Shown here: positions 47,544 to 56,509 of the stretch, in pieces
How positions within the stretch are numbered: the first letter of the stretch is position 1
Layout of the letters: each line of letters opens with the position of its first letter
Assembly: GCA_043825875.1 (NCBI GenBank)
Contig: JBDRRF010000079.1
Coordinates: 128,001 to 192,000, forward strand
Length of the DNA stretch: 64,000 nt
Origin: Pseudomonadota bacterium
Lineage (GTDB): Bacteria; Desulfobacterota; Desulfobacteria; Desulfobacterales; RPRI01
Reading direction: 5' to 3'
Notes under the pieces: model-generated
What the model was told of the DNA's origin: nothing
The model's database searches: none
The model's input: only the letters and a program-made list of their open reading frames with translations
Program-made: the position numbers and the translations under genes

Positions 47544-48098
47544 ATGATGGGAAGAATGGTACCGATAGAAAGAATCGCAAGCAAAATTTACCTGATACGT
47601 GGAATTAAGGTCATGCTGGACAGAGATCTTGCGGATCTCTATGGAGTGGAAACAAAACGTTTAAAGGAACAGGTGCGTAGAAACATAAAAAGATTTCCTG
47701 AAGATTTTATGTTTGAATTGACGAATGAAGAACTGAAAAATTGGAGGTCGCAATTTGCGACCTCCAATGAGGATCTAATGGGGTTACGCATTAAACCCTT
47801 TGCTTTTACAGAGCACGGCATACTGATGCTTTCATCAGTGTTAAAAAGCGAAAGGGCAGTTCAGGTGAATATACTGATAATGAGGACATTTATTAAGCTC
47901 AGGCGGGCAGTACTCGATCATAAAGACTTAAGAAAAGATCTTGAGGAACTCAGAAAAGTTTCTGAGGAACGCTTTCGCATAGTATTTGAAGCTCTGGATC
48001 AGATATTGATAGTAGAAAGCAAGCCGAGGAAAAAAATTGGATACACAGTTAAGGAAAAACAAAGTGTATACGGCCATAAGAAGACCAAGACACGCTAA
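47544..48098 (+). CDS. ORF6N-domain DNA-binding protein
   Basis: IRGIKVMLDRDLADLYGVET..RNIKRFPEDFMFEL..AFTEHG motif. Confidence 0.9.
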   Translation: MMGRMVPIERIASKIYLIRGIKVMLDRDLADLYGVETKRLKEQVRRNIKRFPEDFMFELTNEELKNWRSQFATSNEDLMGLRIKPFAFTEHGILMLSSVLKSERAVQVNILIMRTFIKLRRAVLDHKDLRKDLEELRKVSEERFRIVFEALDQILIVESKPRKKIGYTVKEKQSVYGHKKTKTR

Positions 48099-48159
48099 TA
48101 TCTATTGTTTTCATATTTTTATATAAATACCGACTGATAAATAAAGGACAAAATCTCCT

Positions 48160-48187
48160 TTGACAATAGATTAATGGCAGGTATATT
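48160..48187 (+). promoter_or_regulatory. sigma70-like promoter upstream of hsdR
   Basis: TTGACA-N16-TATATT. Confidence 0.6.
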
Positions 48188-48263
48188 GTAAACCTGATTT
48201 TTAGGGGGCAAGTCGTTATATTTCCCATTTCTTTTTTAAGTAAAATGTTCTCAGGGGTTAATT

Positions 48264-50606
48264 TTGGACGAAATTAATAAAAAAGAACTCAGCGAAACAG
48301 ATATTTGTGATTTGTTCATAACTCCTGCGATCAAAGAAGCTGGTTGGGATCCTGGCAGGCAGATCAGGCGTGAGGTAACTTTGACGCCCGGACCTGTGAT
48401 AGTCAGGGGCAATATGTCGTCTCGTCTCAAAAAAAAGAAAAAATTTGCGGACTATGTGCTATATCAGGAACCAGGTATACCGATTGCCGTAGTTGAGGCA
48501 AAAGACAATAAGCACACAGTCAGTCAGGGGATGCAACAGGCCCTGGGATATTCTGAAATACTTGAAGTGCCGAGCGCATTCAGTTCTAATGGCGATGCTT
48601 TTGCCTCACATAATAAATTCCCCGCTGCCGGAGAGGATATCGAAACCCAATTCCCGCTTGAAAAATTCCCTCTGCCACAAACACTTTGGCAAAGATATAA
48701 GTCATATCGAGGTATTGAAGAAAAATCAGAAGAACTTGTATTGCAGCCCTATCACATGGACAGCTCCAGAAAAGAAGCACGATATTATCAGGTTGAGGCC
48801 ATTAATCGGGTTGTTGAAGCTGTGGCCAGAGGTCAAAAGCGTGTTCTTATAGTAATGGCTACAGGCACAGGAAAGACCTATACTACATTTCAAATCATTT
48901 GGAGACTCTGGAAGGCAAAGGTTGTAAAGAGAGTACTGTTTTTAGTTGACCGGAACATCCTGGCTGATCAAACACTGGTAAATGATTTCAAACCATTTGG
49001 TTCGGTTATGACCAAAATCAAAAACCGCAAGATTGATCCGGCCTATGAAATATACATAGGTCTTTATCAGGCTATTACAGGGCCGGATGAAGCTGATAAG
49101 ATATATAAAAACGTTTCCTCTGATTTTTTTGATATGATCATCATAGACGAGTGCCACCGAGGGAGTGCAGCCGATGATTCAGCCTGGCGGGAAATCCTTG
49201 ATTATTTTTCAAGCGCAATTCAAATAGGAATGACTGCAACGCCCAGGGAAACAAAGTACGTCTCAAATATAAATTACTTTGGTGAACCTGTTTACACATA
49301 CAGCCTGAAGCAAGGCATTACAGACGGGTTTCTCGCACCATATAAGGTAGTCCGTATAGATATCGATAAAGACATCTTCGGATGGAGACCACCTCCCGGA
49401 ATGGTAGATGATCTTGGCCATCAAATCGAAGGACGCACTTACAACCAGAAAGATATGGATCGCATACTCGTTCTGAACCAGCGAACAAAGCTTGTTGCAA
49501 ACAGGGTAATGAAACTACTTAACGCAACTGATCTTTTCTCAAAAACCATTATCTTTTGTGAAGATATAGACCATGCTGAACGCATGCGTGCTGCCATTGT
49601 TAATGCCGCAGGACGGCTTGCTATAGATAACCCCAGGTATGTCATGCGTATCACCGGAGATAGTACTGAAGGCAAGGCGGAACTCGATAATTTTATAGAT
49701 CCTGAAAGCAAATTCCCTGTTATCGCGACCACCTCAGAGTTATTGACAACCGGTGTCGATGCAAAAACCTGCAAGCTTATCGTTCTGGATAAGACAATAA
49801 ACTCAATGACAAGTTTCAAACAGATTATCGGGCGGGGCACACGTATAGAAGAAGAATACAACAAATACTTTTTCACGATCATGGATTTCAAAAAGGCTAC
49901 CGAACTATTCAGAGATCCGGATTTCGATGGCGAACCCGTTGTTATATACGAACCCGGAGATGATGATGATCCGGTTCCACCTGATCCTGAGGAACCTTAC
50001 AACGAAGAGGATAACGAAGAGAGTGATGGCATCAAGAAATATGTTTTTGATGGTGTGACTGCAAGGATTATTGCTGAACGCATTGAATACTATGGCTCGG
50101 ACGGCAACCTGATTACAGAATCTTACCGAGACTTTACACGTAAAAAAATCAAATCCGAGTTTGCCTCTATAGATGAATTTCTTCGTCAGTGGAATACTGC
50201 CAAAAAAAAGCAGGTAATTATCGAGTTGCTTGAAGAGCACGGCATTATCCTGGAAAACCTTGCCGAACTCGTGGGCAAAGAATATGGTGACTTTGACCTG
50301 ATCTGCCATATAGCCTATGACCAGCCCCCGCTTACCAGAAAAGAGAGGGTTAATAATGTTAAAAAACGAAACTACTTTACAAAGTATGGTGAGCAGGCAA
50401 AAGCTGTCCTTAACGCACTTCTTGATAAATATGCCGATGAAGGAATAAGCAGCCTGGAAAATGCCAAAATATTAAAACTAAAACCTTTCAGTGATATGGG
50501 AACTCCTATGGAAATTATCAACAATGTTTTTGGCGGCAAAACCGATTATGAAAAGGCCGTTCAGGAGCTGGAGCAAGAGCTGTTTAATCAGGAGCAATCC
50601 GCATGA
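48264..50606 (+). CDS. hsdR: type I restriction enzyme R subunit (EcoAI/EcoEI-like, type IB)
   Basis: ADY..VEAK nuclease motif, MATGTGKT, DECHR, TATP, QIIGRGTR; C-terminal FDLICHIAYDQPPLTR block. Confidence 0.93.
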   Translation: MDEINKKELSETDICDLFITPAIKEAGWDPGRQIRREVTLTPGPVIVRGNMSSRLKKKKKFADYVLYQEPGIPIAVVEAKDNKHTVSQGMQQALGYSEILEVPSAFSSNGDAFASHNKFPAAGEDIETQFPLEKFPLPQTLWQRYKSYRGIEEKSEELVLQPYHMDSSRKEARYYQVEAINRVVEAVARGQKRVLIVMATGTGKTYTTFQIIWRLWKAKVVKRVLFLVDRNILADQTLVNDFKPFGSVMTKIKNRKIDPAYEIYIGLYQAITGPDEADKIYKNVSSDFFDMIIIDECHRGSAADDSAWREILDYFSSAIQIGMTATPRETKYVSNINYFGEPVYTYSLKQGITDGFLAPYKVVRIDIDKDIFGWRPPPGMVDDLGHQIEGRTYNQKDMDRILVLNQRTKLVANRVMKLLNATDLFSKTIIFCEDIDHAERMRAAIVNAAGRLAIDNPRYVMRITGDSTEGKAELDNFIDPESKFPVIATTSELLTTGVDAKTCKLIVLDKTINSMTSFKQIIGRGTRIEEEYNKYFFTIMDFKKATELFRDPDFDGEPVVIYEPGDDDDPVPPDPEEPYNEEDNEESDGIKKYVFDGVTARIIAERIEYYGSDGNLITESYRDFTRKKIKSEFASIDEFLRQWNTAKKKQVIIELLEEHGIILENLAELVGKEYGDFDLICHIAYDQPPLTRKERVNNVKKRNYFTKYGEQAKAVLNALLDKYADEGISSLENAKILKLKPFSDMGTPMEIINNVFGGKTDYEKAVQELEQELFNQEQSA

Positions 50607-52084
50607 GTAATGTTTCAGGAATCATAAAATCCATTCAGGACATTATGCGAAAAGATGTTGGTGTCGATGGTGATGCTCAGAGAATCAGCCAGTTGGTGTG
50701 GATGTTTTTTCTAAAAATCTTTGATGACCGGGAAAAAGAACTCGAATTACTCGAAGAAAACTATAAATCACCATTACCGGAGCATTTGCGTTGGAGAACC
50801 TGGGCAAAAGATCCGGAAGGCATGACCGGTGAAGCGTTGGCAGATTTTGTTAACTCACAGCTTTTTCTGCACCTAAAGAACAAACTCAATACACTAGGCC
50901 CGGCAGGTAAACGCGCATTGGTTGTGCGCGATCTTTTTGAAGACGCATACAACTATATGAAATCAGGCACATTGATGCGCCAGGTGATAAATAAAATCTG
51001 TGAGATAGACTTCAACACACAAAAAGACCGCCACACTTTCGGAAGCATTTACGAACAAATACTTAAAGATCTGCAAAGCGCAGGCAATGCCGGAGAGTTC
51101 TATACTCCCCGTGCTGTCACGCAGTTTATAGTAGACAGAGTAGATCCGAAATTAGACGAAACTGTACTTGATCCGGCTTGCGGTACCGGCGGATTTTTAA
51201 CCTGCACCATAGATCATAAACGCAAGCATTATGTGAAAACAGCAGCAGATGAAGAAATACTACAAACCTCCATCCGTGGTGTTGATAAAAAATCACTGCC
51301 CCATATGCTCTGTGTTACAAATATGATACTGCATGGAATTGACACACCAACCAATATAAAACATGACAACACATTGAGCCGTCCTTTGCGTGACTATACC
51401 AAAAAAGACCGCGTAAATGTAATTGTTACCAACCCGCCATTTGGTGGTATGGAAGAAGATGGCATAGAAAACAACTTCCCTGCAACATTTCGCACCCGTG
51501 AAACTGCCGATCTGTTTGTAACGCTGATTATCAATTTACTAAAAGATAATGGTCGTGCCGCTGTAGTACTGCCGGACGGCTTTTTCTTCGGCGAAGGCAT
51601 GAAAACCCGGCTCAAGGAAAAACTGCTGGCGGAATGCAACCTGCACACTATTGTCCGGTTGCCTAACGGTGTATTTAGTCCTTACACCGGTATAAAAACC
51701 AACCTGTTGTTTTTCACTAAAGGTAAGCCTACAGAGTATATCTGGTATTATGAACATCCATACCCGGAGGGAGTGAAAAGCTATAACAAAACCAAGCCAA
51801 TGCGTTTTGAAGAGTTTCAGACAGAAATCGACTGGTGGGGAGATGAGGCCGATGGCTTTGCCTCAAGAGTGGAAACTGATCAGGCCTGGAAAGTCTCAAT
51901 CGAGGACATCAAAGCACGAAATTACAACCTGGATATAAAAAACCCGCATGTCAGCGAACAAGTTATCCATGATCCGGATGAACTGCTCGCAAAGTATGCC
52001 AAACAGCAACAGGAAATTTCCAGTTTGCGAAATCAGCTTAAAACCATTCTGGCAGAGGCGCTAAACGGTGGTGGAGCAGCTTAG
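50603..52084 (+). CDS. hsdM: type I R-M N6-adenine methyltransferase
   Basis: GEFYTPR, DPACGTGGFL and NPPFGG motifs. Confidence 0.95.
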   Translation: MSNVSGIIKSIQDIMRKDVGVDGDAQRISQLVWMFFLKIFDDREKELELLEENYKSPLPEHLRWRTWAKDPEGMTGEALADFVNSQLFLHLKNKLNTLGPAGKRALVVRDLFEDAYNYMKSGTLMRQVINKICEIDFNTQKDRHTFGSIYEQILKDLQSAGNAGEFYTPRAVTQFIVDRVDPKLDETVLDPACGTGGFLTCTIDHKRKHYVKTAADEEILQTSIRGVDKKSLPHMLCVTNMILHGIDTPTNIKHDNTLSRPLRDYTKKDRVNVIVTNPPFGGMEEDGIENNFPATFRTRETADLFVTLIINLLKDNGRAAVVLPDGFFFGEGMKTRLKEKLLAECNLHTIVRLPNGVFSPYTGIKTNLLFFTKGKPTEYIWYYEHPYPEGVKSYNKTKPMRFEEFQTEIDWWGDEADGFASRVETDQAWKVSIEDIKARNYNLDIKNPHVSEQVIHDPDELLAKYAKQQQEISSLRNQLKTILAEALNGGGAA

Positions 52085-52086
52085 AA

Positions 52087-53706
52087 ATGGTAAATTTGAT
52101 AGCCGAAAATATTGATATCTGGAGTGTCGCGCAGGCACACAAGACCAACGGTGGCAGAGGGCGTGGGAATAATTCTAATGGTCAAAGTCCTCATGGTATA
52201 AAGAAACTGCGGGAACTGATTTTAGAGCTTGCTGTACGCGGGAAACTCGTATCCCAAGATCCTAATGATGAACCTGCCAGCTTGCTTTTAGAAAAAATCG
52301 CTAAAGAAAAAGCACGGTTGGTAAAAGAAGGTAAAATTAAAAAACAAAACCCTTTTCCGAAAATCAGTGAAGACGAAATGCTGTTTAAGCTTCCAATTGG
52401 ATGGGAGTGGTTTCGTGCTGGTGATGTATTTGATTTCAAATATGGGAAAGCTTTACCCGCAAAAAGCCGTGATGATTCTGGTGAGGTAGATGTTTATGGA
52501 TCGAATGGCGTTGTTGGTAAGTATACAGAAGCATTTATAGATGAACCAAGCATCATAATCGGTAGGAAAGGATCAGCAGGAGCCCTAAATAAAGCCCTTC
52601 GACCTTCTTGGACTACAGATGTCGCATACTTTGTAGTTCCTCCGATAGGCTTTGATTTCGATTACACATTTTTAATTCTTCAAGCTTTACGGCTGGATTT
52701 GCTTGGAAAGGGTATTAAACCGGGTTTAAACAGGAATGAAGCATATGTGCTTGTGGCTGCACTCCCCCCGCTTGCTGAACAACACCGCATAGTCGCTAAA
52801 GTCGATGAACTAATGGCGCTTTGTGACAAACTGGAACAGCAACAAACCGACAGCAACACCGTCCACCAAACCTTGGCGGAAACCCTGCTCACCACACTTA
52901 CCAGTGCCGCTGGTCAAGATGAGTTTGCCGAGGCATGGCAACGCATCGCCAACAACTTCGATACCATCTTCACCACCGGACACAGCATCGACAAACTCAA
53001 ACAAACCATCCTCCAACTCGCCGTCATGGGTAAACTTGTTCCTCAAGATCCCAACGACGAACCTGCCAGCATACTTTTAGAAAAAATCGCCAAAGAAAAA
53101 CCCCGGCTCATTAAAGAAGGCAAAATAAAAAAACAAAATCCGCTACCGGAAATCAGTGAAGACGAAAAGCCGTTTGAATTGCCTAATGGGTGGGAGTGGG
53201 TTAGGCTTCAGCAAATTATACAAATTTCTTCTGGTGATGGGCTTATTGCTGCAAATATGAACAATGAGGGCGGAATTCCTGTTTTTGGTGGTAATGGTAT
53301 AACAGGATATCACGATCAGGCTAATGTAAATAAGCCTACTTTGGTGGTCGGTAGGGTGGGTTTTCATTGCGGGTCTATTCACATAACGCCAGCGTCTGCA
53401 TGGGTTACGGATAATGCGTTTAAAACAACATTCTCAGAAAAAAAAATATATATAAATTTTTTATTTTGGCTTCTTAAAGGTACAAACCTAAAAGAAAATG
53501 AAAATGCTACAGCACAGCCAGTTATTTCAGGTCGTAAGGTTTATCCAATTGTTGTAGGCTTGCCCCCAACAGCCGAACAACACCGCATCGTCGCCAAAGT
53601 CGATAAACTCATGGCTATCTGTGATGCTCTCAAGGCTCGGTTGATAGACGCCCAAACCACCCAGATCCAATTGGCCGACGCCATTGTTGAACAGGCGGTA
53701 GCATGA
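52087..53706 (+). CDS. hsdS: type I R-M specificity subunit
   Basis: Duplicated LAV.GKLV.QDPNDEPAS..LP.GWEW and PP.AEQHRIVAKVD regions flanking two TRDs. Confidence 0.93.
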   Translation: MVNLIAENIDIWSVAQAHKTNGGRGRGNNSNGQSPHGIKKLRELILELAVRGKLVSQDPNDEPASLLLEKIAKEKARLVKEGKIKKQNPFPKISEDEMLFKLPIGWEWFRAGDVFDFKYGKALPAKSRDDSGEVDVYGSNGVVGKYTEAFIDEPSIIIGRKGSAGALNKALRPSWTTDVAYFVVPPIGFDFDYTFLILQALRLDLLGKGIKPGLNRNEAYVLVAALPPLAEQHRIVAKVDELMALCDKLEQQQTDSNTVHQTLAETLLTTLTSAAGQDEFAEAWQRIANNFDTIFTTGHSIDKLKQTILQLAVMGKLVPQDPNDEPASILLEKIAKEKPRLIKEGKIKKQNPLPEISEDEKPFELPNGWEWVRLQQIIQISSGDGLIAANMNNEGGIPVFGGNGITGYHDQANVNKPTLVVGRVGFHCGSIHITPASAWVTDNAFKTTFSEKKIYINFLFWLLKGTNLKENENATAQPVISGRKVYPIVVGLPPTAEQHRIVAKVDKLMAICDALKARLIDAQTTQIQLADAIVEQAVA

Positions 53707-53806
53707 TATTCCTGTGCTTAGACAATAGCGTAAACTTCTTTTACAGCAAATTCTGGACTCTGATAGCTGAAGTAAAAGCAATTACTGGGAATAATGGAAG
53801 CGGATT

Positions 53807-55258
53807 ATGAATCTAAAAGAATTAAAAAAACTGGTAGCATCCGGGGAATCCGACCGGATTGAATTTAAATCCACAACCGGGCAGCGCACACAGGCCATGA
53901 AAACAGTTTGCGGGATGTTAAATGGTTTTGGGGGTTTTGTCTTTTTTGGTGTATCCGACAAAGGCGAACTTATCGGCCAGGATGTTACCGCCAAAACGAT
54001 GGCCGATGTCTCGGCCGAGCTTAACCGTCTTGATCCGCCAGCATTTCCTGATATTGAAACAGTTACGCTGGAAAACGGAAAGGCAGTGATCATATTGAGA
54101 GTCCCCGGTGGTGGCGGACTTTATACTTATGATGGACGCTCCTATATCCGCAGTGACCCTACAACAAGCATCATGCCAAAAGCCGAATATGAACGCAGAT
54201 TAATTGAACGGTTGCATGCAACCCGTCGATGGGAAAACGAGCCGTCAGCAAAAGGGGTTACAATTAAAGATCTTGATCAGGATGAAATCCAACTGACATT
54301 GGCAAATACAATTGATGCCGGCCGGATGGAGCGGCCAAGAAAGACCGATACAAAATCAATTCTTACAGGACTTGGACTTATTATTGATGGCATACTTACA
54401 AATGCTGCGGTTGTTCTTTTTGGAAAGAGTCGCAGACTGGAATCACTCTATCCACAGTGTTTAATCCAATTGGCGAGATTTCGGGGCACAGACCGTCTTT
54501 CTGATTTCGCCGATAACCGGCAATATTGGGGGAATGCTTTCAGTCTTCTTCAAAAAGCTGAATCATTCTTTAAAGATCATATCCCGATTGCAGGAAAAGT
54601 ACTTCCTGACAAATTTAAACGTCAGGACCGTCCACTCTTTCACCCCCGTGCTTTTCGGGAAGCATTGGCAAATGCATTTTGCCATCGGGATTATGCGGTG
54701 CCCGGTGCATCGATATCTGTTGCTATTTATGATGACCGGATGGAAATCATTAACCCCGGCGCCCTTCATTTCGGCATTACTCCGAAATCATTATTTCATC
54801 CGCATGAATCCAGGCCATGGAATCCCATTATCGCAAACGTTTTTTACCGGGCTGGAATTATTGAAAAGTGGGGAACAGGCACATTAAATATTATCGAATG
54901 GTGTAAAGAAAACGGGAACCCACTTCCGGAATGGAATATGAGTTCGGGTTCTGTTGCGCTGATATTCAAACCATTAGTTGCCAAAGTTGCAAGAAAACCC
55001 GAGGCGCAGCCCGAGTCACAGCCCGAGTCACAGCCCGAGTCATTGCGTGACAGGATAATTCATTTGCTTTCAAATGATATGCTTTCAAAATCAGAAATTT
55101 CAAACCAATTAGGCCAGAAACAGATTTCCGGACAGCTTAAAAAAATCTTGATTGAGCTAATTAATGAGGGTGTCTTGTCGTTTACGATACCAGATAAACC
55201 GAAAAGCCGGTTGCAAAAATATAAATTAATAAAAAAGACAAAGATCAAAAATAAATAA
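53807..55258 (+). CDS. AlbA_2/Schlafen-like domain + HATPase_c_4-like + HTH protein
   Basis: GESDRIEFK..MLNGFGG..FGVSD, REALANAFCHRDY, NPII and EKWGTG motifs; PDKPKSRLQKY tail. Confidence 0.85.
   Translation: MNLKELKKLVASGESDRIEFKSTTGQRTQAMKTVCGMLNGFGGFVFFGVSDKGELIGQDVTAKTMADVSAELNRLDPPAFPDIETVTLENGKAVIILRVPGGGGLYTYDGRSYIRSDPTTSIMPKAEYERRLIERLHATRRWENEPSAKGVTIKDLDQDEIQLTLANTIDAGRMERPRKTDTKSILTGLGLIIDGILTNAAVVLFGKSRRLESLYPQCLIQLARFRGTDRLSDFADNRQYWGNAFSLLQKAESFFKDHIPIAGKVLPDKFKRQDRPLFHPRAFREALANAFCHRDYAVPGASISVAIYDDRMEIINPGALHFGITPKSLFHPHESRPWNPIIANVFYRAGIIEKWGTGTLNIIEWCKENGNPLPEWNMSSGSVALIFKPLVAKVARKPEAQPESQPESQPESLRDRIIHLLSNDMLSKSEISNQLGQKQISGQLKKILIELINEGVLSFTIPDKPKSRLQKYKLIKKTKIKNK
55007..55042 (+). 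repeat. in-frame 12-bp tandem repeat (QPES x3)
   Basis: CAGCCCGAGTCA x3 in the linker before the HTH. Confidence 0.9.
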
Positions 55259-55381
55259 AATATTTTTTGCCGTCATAGCTTCTGCTGAAACAACATATGA
55301 ATACACAACAGGAAACAGGAGTTTTATGTTTATTGAAAAAAGCGCATTATCTTCTGATATGACGGCGCAAGAGGTATAACC

Positions 55382-56419
55382 ATGAACAACCAAAACCTGC
55401 CCGAAAAAACCGAGTTTCTGCTTTATCAAACAGAAGACGGCCGCATCCGCATTGAAACTCGTATGCAGGATGAAACGGTTTGGCTTTCCATTGGCCAAAT
55501 GGTCGAACTTTTTGGGGTAGATAAGTCGGGTATAAGCCGTCACCTCAAAAATATCTTTGAAACCCAAGAATTAGATAGGGATTCAGTTGTTGCAATTTTT
55601 GCAACAACTGCTGCAGACGGGAAAACCTATCAGGTTGATCATTATAATCTGGATGCTATCATCTCCGTTGGCTACCGTGTAAACAGCATTCGCGGCACCA
55701 AATTTCGCATATGGGCGACTCAGCGTTTGCGGGAATACATCATAAAAGGCTTTGCCATGGATGATGAACGCCTTAAACAAGGCGGAGGCGGTAATTACTT
55801 TGATGAGCTTCTTGCCCGAATTCGTGATATCCGTTCTTCCGAAAAGATGTTCTGGCGAAAGGTGCTCGATATTTATGCCACCAGTATTGATTACGATCCA
55901 AGGGCTGACATGTCTAAAGAATTTTTCAAAGTTATTCAGAATAAAATGCACTGGGCCACCCATGGCAGAACAGCGGCGGAAGTGATTTACGACAGAGCTG
56001 ATGCTTCTAAGGATAATATGGGAATGACTAATTGGGTGGGAACAAAAATCCGTAAGAACGAAGTCGAAATCGCCAAAAACTACCTGAGCGAAGATGAGCT
56101 TGATATCTTAAACCGCATTGTGAATATGTATCTCGAATTTGCGGAACTTCAGGCAATTAATCGTAAACCTATGACTATGCTGGGTTGGATTAACAAGCTG
56201 GATGATTTTCTCAAACTTACCGGAAGGGATATTCTCACCCATGCAGGGAAAATCGATCATGATACAGCACTGCAAAAAGCACATGAGGAATATGAAAAAT
56301 TTCGGTTGGTTCAACTTTCGTCACCAACCGAGGTGGAAAAGCACTTTATCGAAGCGGAAAAGGAATTGAAGCAGATCAAGACAACTGCAAAAAAGAAAAG
56401 CAAGAATAGCAAAGTGTAG
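55382..56419 (+). CDS. rhuM: virulence RhuM family protein
   Basis: YNLDAIISVGYRVNS.RGT.FR.WAT, RIRDIRSSE and IAKNYL motifs. Confidence 0.92.
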   Translation: MNNQNLPEKTEFLLYQTEDGRIRIETRMQDETVWLSIGQMVELFGVDKSGISRHLKNIFETQELDRDSVVAIFATTAADGKTYQVDHYNLDAIISVGYRVNSIRGTKFRIWATQRLREYIIKGFAMDDERLKQGGGGNYFDELLARIRDIRSSEKMFWRKVLDIYATSIDYDPRADMSKEFFKVIQNKMHWATHGRTAAEVIYDRADASKDNMGMTNWVGTKIRKNEVEIAKNYLSEDELDILNRIVNMYLEFAELQAINRKPMTMLGWINKLDDFLKLTGRDILTHAGKIDHDTALQKAHEEYEKFRLVQLSSPTEVEKHFIEAEKELKQIKTTAKKKSKNSKV

Positions 56420-56509
56420 CGCAAAAAGCATCAAAAATACATCTTCCTCTTTATCAAGAATGACGGAACCATCAAAATTTGATTTAATATTCTTTAAAGG
56501 TCTTAGTGT

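Noticed and set aside
52200..53620. hsdS internal repeats as a phase-variable shufflon
   Set aside because: The repeats are direct and are the normal conserved regions of one HsdS; no inverted spare TRD or invertase nearby
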